Shown here: positions 57,629 through 64,000 of the stretch, one piece after another | Numbering within the stretch: position 1 is the first letter of the stretch | How the letters are laid out: each line of letters opens with the position of its first letter | Origin: Bacillota bacterium | GTDB lineage: Bacteria; Bacillota; Clostridia; Acetivibrionales; DTU013 | Reading direction: 5' to 3' | Length of the DNA: 64,000 nucleotides | NCBI GenBank assembly: GCA_023435305.1 | Contig: JAEYRV010000053.1 | Coordinates: 64,762 to 128,761 of the forward strand | Notes under the pieces: generated by a model | Seen by the model: only the letters and a program-made list of their open reading frames with translations | Told to the model about the DNA's origin: nothing | Databases searched by the model: none | Made by a program: the position numbers and the translations under genes

Positions 57629-58786
57629 ATGAAAAGATCGATTACCATGCTGTTGGTGCTTATGCTGCTGATGGCCTTGATCACAGGGTGCGGTTCCGGA
57701 GCTGTTAGCAATGATGTCGCCGACAGTTCTGCTGGACAGATTGATGAAGATAACAGTCAGGCGAAGGATGAGCAAGTACCTGATGCGGTGCAGGATGTCA
57801 GCACTGCAGATGAAAGTCAAATATCCGATACAACAAAGGATATCAGTGCCGTAGATGAGAGTCAGAATACTGATGCAGCAGAGGACCAGCAGGTTGATAC
57901 TGCTTCAGAAGATTCCATAAAAGAAATTCCAAATGTATATATGACAACAAGTATCAGTCCTGAAGGGTTGATGAATGTTTATAAGGCTCTTGACCGTGCT
58001 GCAGAAGGAAAGGTAGCTATAAAGCTGCATATGGGTGAGCCCGGAGGCCACAATTTTCTGTCTCCCGACCTTGTAAAGGATTTTGTCCAGTCGCTCAATG
58101 GTACATTTGTCGACTGCAATACTGCTTATGGCGGACTTAGGGGAACAACAAAGATGCATATGCAGGCGGCCGAAGATCATGGCTTCACTGAAGTTGCTCC
58201 TGTTGACATAATGGATGCGGACGATACTATCAGCCTTCCTATAAAAAACGGAAAACATCTGAAAGAAGACATAGTTGGTTCGCACTTTGAAAACTACGAT
58301 TTCTATGTAGTTCTATCCCATTTTAAAGGTCATGAAATGGGCGGTTTTGGCGGAGCGATCAAAAATATGTCAATAGGCATCGCATCTGTAAAGGGTAAAA
58401 ACCTGATACATACTGCAGGCAAAAGCAGCAGCAGTATGTGGGGCGGAATACAGGACAATTTTCTGGAGTCGATGGCTGAAGCAGCTAAAGCTGTAGCTGA
58501 TAACAGGGGAGAACGTATACTCTACATCAATGTAATGAATAACCTGTCCATTGACTGTGACTGCAATAACCACCCGGCAAAACCGGATATGGCTGATATA
58601 GGCATTCTGGCATCACTTGACCCGGTAGCTCTTGACAAAGCCTGTGTGGATCTTGTATACGCCGCTCCTGATGGACAATCACTAATAAAGCGTATGGAAG
58701 CAAAAAATGGGATACATACGCTGGAGTATGCAGAAGAAATAGGCTTGGGAAGCCAAAAATACAAACTTATAAAACTGGATGATTGA
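57629..58786 (+). CDS. DUF362 domain-containing lipoprotein
   Basis: I start it at MKRSITMLLVLMLLMALITGCGS (lipobox) after AAAGGGGG. An acidic linker is followed by a DUF362-like core (…VAIKLHMGEPGGHNFLSP…DCNTAYGG…). Confidence 0.7.
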   Translation: MKRSITMLLVLMLLMALITGCGSGAVSNDVADSSAGQIDEDNSQAKDEQVPDAVQDVSTADESQISDTTKDISAVDESQNTDAAEDQQVDTASEDSIKEIPNVYMTTSISPEGLMNVYKALDRAAEGKVAIKLHMGEPGGHNFLSPDLVKDFVQSLNGTFVDCNTAYGGLRGTTKMHMQAAEDHGFTEVAPVDIMDADDTISLPIKNGKHLKEDIVGSHFENYDFYVVLSHFKGHEMGGFGGAIKNMSIGIASVKGKNLIHTAGKSSSSMWGGIQDNFLESMAEAAKAVADNRGERILYINVMNNLSIDCDCNNHPAKPDMADIGILASLDPVALDKACVDLVYAAPDGQSLIKRMEAKNGIHTLEYAEEIGLGSQKYKLIKLDD

Positions 58787-58789
58787 TAA

Positions 58790-59689
58790 ATGATAGATAT
58801 ATTTGAACGAGAAGCGATATACCTGTGGTTTTATTTCAGTGTCCAGCTCAATCAGATCATCTGGTACTGGATAGTGGGTATTTTGCTGGGATCAGTGATA
58901 TCTGTATTTGGTAAAGAGAAGATCCACAAGCTTTTTTCTTCGATGGCTGACAAACGCCTTGGGATATTCGGGGTGGTGCCGGCGAGTATGATCGGTATCG
59001 CCTCTCCTCTTTGCATGTATGGAACCATTCCTATAGCTGCTTCCTTTTCCGAAAAGGGAATAAGAGATGACTGGCTGGCTGCCTTTATGATGAGCTCCAT
59101 ATTGCTCAATCCCCAGTTGCTCATATACAGCGCTGCGCTTGGAAAGACAGCTTTGGCGGTGCGATTTGTAAGCTGTTTTTTGTGCGGCATGGCTGCAGGT
59201 CTGTTCGTTCGGATATTCTATAAGAATAAACGCTTTTTCAATTTCGACGGCTTTACAGAAGCATCGAACAGGGACACACACCCAAATATATTAATACGCT
59301 TGTTGAAGAACATATGGAGAAATATCAAGGCCACAGGTGTGTATTTCCTGATAGGTGTTGCACTATCTGCACTGTTTCAACGATATGTGCCCTCAGAAAT
59401 TTTCGCAGGGCTTTTCGGCAGGAACCATGGTTTTGGTGTCTTAATGGCAGCCACCATCGGTGTGCCGCTTTATGTATGCGGCGGAGGAACGATCCCTTTG
59501 CTCGCGGAATGGTTACAGTCAGGAATGAGTATGGGGTCGGCAGCAGCTTTCATGATTACCGGACCTGCAACAAAAATCACTAATCTGGGAGCTGTTAAAA
59601 TTGTTCTCGGTGTAAGGCGATTTATACTGTATATATTGTTTTCAGTGCTGTTTGCTGCTGTAACCGGTATAATTATTAATATATTGTGA
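58790..59689 (+). CDS. Permease (predicted YraQ/ArsP-like permease family)
   Basis: 299 aa and polytopic. The motifs …SPLCMYGTIP…LLNPQLLIYS…ITGPATKITNLGAVK… recall the 'predicted permease' family. Confidence 0.7.
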   Translation: MIDIFEREAIYLWFYFSVQLNQIIWYWIVGILLGSVISVFGKEKIHKLFSSMADKRLGIFGVVPASMIGIASPLCMYGTIPIAASFSEKGIRDDWLAAFMMSSILLNPQLLIYSAALGKTALAVRFVSCFLCGMAAGLFVRIFYKNKRFFNFDGFTEASNRDTHPNILIRLLKNIWRNIKATGVYFLIGVALSALFQRYVPSEIFAGLFGRNHGFGVLMAATIGVPLYVCGGGTIPLLAEWLQSGMSMGSAAAFMITGPATKITNLGAVKIVLGVRRFILYILFSVLFAAVTGIIINIL

Positions 59690-59690
59690 A

Positions 59691-59780
59691 CGGGGTCAAG
59701 CTTGAAATATTCCTTTATTCATAAAATGAATAAAGGAATATTTCAAGCCTGACCCCCATTTAAATTCAAGCCTGACCCCG
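59691..59780. repeat. Palindrome plus an extra half-copy of the GGGGTCAGGCTTG element family
   Basis: CGGGGTCAAGCTTGAAATATTCCTTTATTCA-taaaa-TGAATAAAGGAATATTTCAAGCCTGACCCCC, then ATTTAAATTCAAGCCTGACCCCG followed by TTTTT. Confidence 0.95.
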
Positions 59781-59786
59781 TTTTTA

Positions 59787-60365
59787 TCAGTCCTGTCTGC
59801 CCTCGATTGCGCACAGAAGTAGTCCTGCGGCAAGGCCCAGACGTCTGTCAAGTATATGGTTGGTATCCTTAGCAAAATCGACATCAAGCTTCATTATAAA
59901 AGGATTGAATCTTTGTCTGCATACACCGACGACCTGCCCGTTAATTTCAATATCAAATGACTGGGGAATAAGATTTGTAAGGAAACGTCTGAGCAAAGCA
60001 AGTCCTGTACTATCTTCCTTTATGAATCCGATCTGATTGTCATTGGCGTCGAGTATCAGCCATTCATCCTTTATTATTGACTTGAGACCTTTCCTCTTCA
60101 ATGCTCCTACCTTTTCGCCGGTCACTGCATCAATAACATCATATGCCGCTGAAAAATCGATTACTTGTCTTGCTTGAATGGTTATGAGTTCATTTTGCAT
60201 GTCTTCGCCAGTGTAAAGCCGTATATCCTCCTTCAGCTTGAAGGCCTTCATTTTAGAAAACATGATTACCTGGCCGCTGGGATCAAAAACATGGAATTTC
60301 GCACCTACAAGTGTCAGGACTTTCCTTCGGATCAGATAATTCGGAAGCTCATAAAGGTTACTCAA
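59787..60365 (-). CDS. LURP-one/scramblase-like (DUF567-type) family protein
   Basis: …YLIRRKVLTLVGAKFHVFDPSGQVIMFSKMKAFKLKEDIRLY…LKRKGLKSIIKDEWLILDANDNQIG… fits the tubby-like scramblase/LURP1 family. I prefer the TTG at 60365, which lies 8 nt after AGGAG. The ORF can extend to 60428. Confidence 0.65.
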   Translation of the reverse strand: MSNLYELPNYLIRRKVLTLVGAKFHVFDPSGQVIMFSKMKAFKLKEDIRLYTGEDMQNELITIQARQVIDFSAAYDVIDAVTGEKVGALKRKGLKSIIKDEWLILDANDNQIGFIKEDSTGLALLRRFLTNLIPQSFDIEINGQVVGVCRQRFNPFIMKLDVDFAKDTNHILDRRLGLAAGLLLCAIEGRQD

Positions 60366-60529
60366 ATCAATCACTCCTATGTAAGATTTTACTGTAATAA
60401 TACCATATTTAGTGACAATTTTCCACATTTTTCATCATTTGAGTAATTCTTTTTTATACTGAGTAATCATTATGAATATATTGTCTTAGAAGTGATGCAA
60501 TTTGTTTTAACCAGGTGGGATGTCCCATC

Positions 60530-61855
60530 TCATGGGACATCCTTGTAGCTCCGCTTCTCATTGAGTGCATCGGTCAACTGTGCGAGCCTTGATATATCAC
60601 CTATAAGGATGACGCCCGCCAGGCGGTTATCAATAAAAAAGTACTTTTCGTAGGTGTTTTTTGCTGTATCCCTGACTTCTCTTGTTTTATATTTGATATC
60701 TGCATTCCTGCCATTATCACCTGCTGCAAACAGAGATGTGTCCATACCCTCAAATGTAAGAGCTGGCGGAACAGGCTTGTATTCGAGCTGTTCTCCTGCA
60801 GCGTTGGCACCTGCGATCTTTCCCATATCAAGAGCCTGAGACCAGAGAGAATAGTTGGTCCCATTGTAATATGCGCAGTCTCCGCAGGCATATATGTCCG
60901 GAATGTTTGTCTCCATTTTTTCATTGACGACTACGCCGCGATCGACTGCCAGACAGGCTTCTTTTGCCAAAGCAGTATTCGGACGCACTCCGCAGGATAT
61001 TATAACTAGGTCGGCTGGATAGCGTGTACCATCTTCCAGTTCGACACCTGTTACTGAGCTGTCGCCGGTTATTGCTCTGATATTGGCGCTCAGCCTGAAA
61101 TCTATACCCTTGCTTCTTATTATATCAGCAATAAAATCCCCGGCCGCATCGTCAAGCTGCCGCACCATGAGCTTATCGGCGACTTCAAGTACTGTCACGT
61201 GGCTTGATTTGCTCATTTCCCAGGCTGCCTCAAGACCGAGTACGCCTCCTCCGATAACGACAGTATTTTTTACGATCGGGGTGAGTTCCCTGATCTTTTT
61301 CACATCTGATACACGACGTATTGCGACTATTTCCGGTTTGCCTGTGTACAGGTTCGGTGGTATAAAGCACTCGGAGCCGAGAGCGTATATGCATTTGTCA
61401 TATTTCAACAGGCTGCCGTCACTGAGGGTCACTGATTTGCCAGCAGTGTCGATCTTCTCTGCACTGATACCGAGCATAGTGACGATGTTATTCTGTTTAT
61501 ACCAATCTGCATCATGGACAGCAATTTCGTCAGCATTTACCAGCGTGCTCAGAGCTTTTGTCAGCATGGGCCGGTTGTAGCTGGGTACAGGCTCATCAGA
61601 TACCATGATTATGGAACATGTAGAATTCCTTTTCCTTATTTCCTCTGCTGCGCTGATCCCGGCGGCACCATTGCCCAATATAAGGAATACCTCTTCCGTA
61701 TCCTTTCTGAACGATGTTTCCTCTTCTTCAAAAGGTTCAAACAGATCGGGTCCTACACCGCAAACAGGGCATGTATCAAGCGATGCATCAAATACAGCGC
61801 CGCATATGAGGCATCTTACCTTTTTTGCTTTTCCATTAAGCTTGTACTCTTCCAT
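60530..61855 (-). CDS. FAD/NAD(P)-dependent pyridine nucleotide-disulfide oxidoreductase with an N-terminal rubredoxin-like zinc ribbon
   Basis: 441 aa. It has CLICGAVF…CPVCG, then the dinucleotide motifs ILGNGAAGISAA and VIGGGVLGLEAA, and CGDCA near the C-terminal third. Confidence 0.8.
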   Translation of the reverse strand: MEEYKLNGKAKKVRCLICGAVFDASLDTCPVCGVGPDLFEPFEEEETSFRKDTEEVFLILGNGAAGISAAEEIRKRNSTCSIIMVSDEPVPSYNRPMLTKALSTLVNADEIAVHDADWYKQNNIVTMLGISAEKIDTAGKSVTLSDGSLLKYDKCIYALGSECFIPPNLYTGKPEIVAIRRVSDVKKIRELTPIVKNTVVIGGGVLGLEAAWEMSKSSHVTVLEVADKLMVRQLDDAAGDFIADIIRSKGIDFRLSANIRAITGDSSVTGVELEDGTRYPADLVIISCGVRPNTALAKEACLAVDRGVVVNEKMETNIPDIYACGDCAYYNGTNYSLWSQALDMGKIAGANAAGEQLEYKPVPPALTFEGMDTSLFAAGDNGRNADIKYKTREVRDTAKNTYEKYFFIDNRLAGVILIGDISRLAQLTDALNEKRSYKDVP

Positions 61856-62117
61856 ACCAGTCTCCTTATTTATGAATATCTGCTTTTATTTTATACCATA
61901 AAGCTGAGGTATTAAACTATAATTTCTAATGTTTTCCGCTGTCTAAGAAAGATTACCGTATGTGTCCATCGACAATTCGACTCATGACTTGTTTACGTTA
62001 CAACTATTTTATAGAAAATAAAAATTGTATATAACTCTTTATTTATATACCACATAATGGCGATGATGGTGTAAAATATTCTCACGTGTTTATTTGATAT
62101 TACGTGGGGTAGTTGAT

Positions 62118-63950
62118 ATGGAAAAACAAAAGATCGGCAGGATCCGTGCTATCGGCAATATTTTTTATGCCGTCAGGCTCATGTGGGGGATGTGCAGGGG
62201 AATAGTCGTACATACAGCTCTTATGAATGCTGTTGAGTATTTTGGATGGATATTTTATGACCTGTTTTTTATTCGCTATCTGATCGGTGCTATAGAAAAC
62301 CAGGAGAGCTTTTCATATATAATGAGGTTTATTTTGATTTCCGGCCTGGTATTCCTCATAGTTTCTGCCTACGTCTCATATATTGAGGGAACATTCCGTC
62401 CTATGGCCGGTGCGACACTGTACCGCAAGCTTTACGGCATGCTGTATAAAAAAGCCGGGAGCGTGGAACTCAGATGCTTTGAAGACAGCGCCTTCTATAA
62501 CAAGTATGCACTGGCTGTTGACAAGGCTGACGAGAACCTGTTCATGATCGTCCGCAACCTTTTTGGCATAGTCTTCGGCGGAATAGCGGCTGTGGTAGTG
62601 TTTTACGCCATGTATACCATAGACAGCATAGCTGTGCTTTTTGTTTTCTTTCCCATCATAGGCAATTTTGTTTTCGGATACATATACAATAAAATGCTGT
62701 TCAAACGCGAGCAGGCGCTGGTTCCGTACAAACGAAGGATCGAATATGTGAACCGTGTAATGCACCTGGCCGATTTTTCAAAGGAAATGCGCCTGTCCAA
62801 TGTATATAACCTCATGAAATACAAATACTTGAAGGCACTGGATGGGATCTTCGAGACCGTCGAAAAGTATGTATTCAAAATAAATATTCCGCTTTGGTTC
62901 AGGAATATTTTCACCTTTACCATAATCTTTGAAGGGGTGCTTCTCTACGGAGCTTACCGCACCATTGTCAGCAAATCCATGAGTCTGGCCGAGCTGGCCG
63001 TGTTGTCCACTGCCATGGTGTCAGCCACATGGATATTGATAGGCTTTACAGAGCACATACTGCAAAGCGTCAAGCTGGGTATATTTACGGAAAACATTCG
63101 CAGTTTCCTTGCATATGAGCCGAAGCTGCCTGAGGACTATGACGGGATCATTCCCGAGAAGGATATTGAATCGATAGAGTTCAGAAATGTCAGCTTCGCC
63201 TATAAGGAAGACAGTGATTATACCATCAGGAATCTTTCGTTCAGGATCGATGCAAAATCCAGCCTGGCTCTGGTTGGCCACAACGGCGCGGGCAAAACGA
63301 CTATCATAAAGCTGCTCTTCCGCCTTTACGATCCAACCGAGGGTGAGATCCTGCTGAACGGGCGAAACATAAAGGAATACAACCTCAAGGCTTATCGCGG
63401 TCTGTTTGCGGCGGCATTTCAGGATTATAAGGTATTTGCACTGAGCATCAGAGAAAATGTCATGATGCGAAAGGCTGATTCGCAGGACGATGAGGTGGTA
63501 TATGACGCTCTTAAAAAGGCAGGCGTATACGAAAAGGTAATGTCCCTGCCCAAGAAGGCCGATACCGTACTTACAAAGGAATTCGATGAAGAAGGAGCAT
63601 TGCTTTCAGGGGGAGAATACCAGAAAATCGTGGTTGCCAGAGCTTTCGCAAAGGATGTTCCTATCAAGGTTTTTGACGAACCATCCAGCGCATTGGACCC
63701 GATAGCTGAATACGAACTGTATGAAAGCATTTTACGGGACAGCAGGGGAAAGACGATGATTTTCATATCACACAGGCTTTCTTCAGTACGCAATGCAGAT
63801 ATGATACTGATGCTTGAAAACGGAGAGATCATTGAGCGTGGAACACATAAGGAGCTTATGGAGCAAAACGGCGCTTACGCTGATATGTACAACAAGCAGG
63901 CGAAAAATTACCTTGCCGTTGAGAGCCTTAAGGAGGTGGGCGCAGTTTGA
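62118..63950 (+). CDS. ABC transporter ATP-binding/permease fusion (ABCB-type exporter half-transporter)
   Basis: I start it at MEKQKIGR. It has 6 TM segments, then Walker A GHNGAGKTT, signature LSGGEYQKI and Walker B KVFDEPSSALD. Confidence 0.88.
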   Translation: MEKQKIGRIRAIGNIFYAVRLMWGMCRGIVVHTALMNAVEYFGWIFYDLFFIRYLIGAIENQESFSYIMRFILISGLVFLIVSAYVSYIEGTFRPMAGATLYRKLYGMLYKKAGSVELRCFEDSAFYNKYALAVDKADENLFMIVRNLFGIVFGGIAAVVVFYAMYTIDSIAVLFVFFPIIGNFVFGYIYNKMLFKREQALVPYKRRIEYVNRVMHLADFSKEMRLSNVYNLMKYKYLKALDGIFETVEKYVFKINIPLWFRNIFTFTIIFEGVLLYGAYRTIVSKSMSLAELAVLSTAMVSATWILIGFTEHILQSVKLGIFTENIRSFLAYEPKLPEDYDGIIPEKDIESIEFRNVSFAYKEDSDYTIRNLSFRIDAKSSLALVGHNGAGKTTIIKLLFRLYDPTEGEILLNGRNIKEYNLKAYRGLFAAAFQDYKVFALSIRENVMMRKADSQDDEVVYDALKKAGVYEKVMSLPKKADTVLTKEFDEEGALLSGGEYQKIVVARAFAKDVPIKVFDEPSSALDPIAEYELYESILRDSRGKTMIFISHRLSSVRNADMILMLENGEIIERGTHKELMEQNGAYADMYNKQAKNYLAVESLKEVGAV

Positions 63951-64000
63951 AAAAGGATAGTAAGCAAAAGCAGAATATAAAGAAAATATTATCAAATAAC
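63947..64000 (+). CDS. Start of a second gene, probably the partner ABC half-transporter (3' end outside the window)
   Basis: The TTG at 63947 overlaps the TGA of the previous gene and lies 10 nt after AAGGAGG. The frame is open to the window end (LKKDSKQKQNIKKILSNN). The function is inferred only from the usual heterodimer gene pairing. Confidence 0.4.
   Translation, partial: MKKDSKQKQNIKKILSNN

Overview
This is a 64 kb chromosomal segment that looks like a Gram-positive anaerobe of the Clostridia (Lachnospiraceae-like). The evidence is AGGAGG-type ribosome-binding sites, a T-box leader, many ECF sigma/anti-sigma pairs, rubrerythrin, and GH9/GH31 carbohydrate genes. I support about 50 protein-coding genes and see no rRNA, tRNA, CRISPR array, transposase or integrase.

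Gene content from start to end:
- Two paralogous B12-type radical SAM enzymes plus a GNAT-like protein; the cluster is cut by the window edge.
- A TetR and carbon-nitrogen hydrolase operon with a readable promoter and two operators.
- Three ECF sigma/anti-sigma pairs.
- Serine hydrolases, and WrbA next to a DUF4256 protein.
- An operon of a DUF350-like membrane protein, a glutathionylspermidine-synthase-like ATP-grasp enzyme and an unknown protein.
- An MFS transporter, an APH-like kinase and a VanW protein.
- An ABC-2 exporter and a GH31 enzyme.
- A Trp T-box controlling an orphan trpB.
- A GH9 lipoprotein.
- A ZTP riboswitch controlling purO-purH.
- DUF805 and PrsW membrane proteins.
- An MCP, and an AraC regulator with a sugar ABC importer.
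- Rubrerythrin, a DUF362 protein with a permease, a scramblase-like protein, a rubredoxin-fused flavoprotein and an ABC exporter pair.

The most unusual locus is 42726-48506. It holds an EF-G/TetM-like translational GTPase fused at its C-terminus to a Rae1/YacP-type NYN ribonuclease domain. The next gene encodes a protein of about 1000 aa with a cytoplasmic TIR domain, a single TM helix and an external WD40/PD40 propeller, which is a Toll-like-receptor topology. I propose these two as a candidate, apparently uncharacterised, stress or defence module. This is an inference.

The second striking signal is in the non-coding DNA:
- A dispersed palindromic element family (core GGGGTCAGGCTTG / CAAGCCTGACCCC) has 11 core copies at four loci. 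One locus abuts a decapitated PKD-domain gene.
- Many long intergenic regions carry their own unrelated tandem array, with units of 13 to 54 bp.
- A 1 kb repeat-only island lies upstream of the GH9 gene.

All calls come from reading the sequence and the ORF track. No searches were run.
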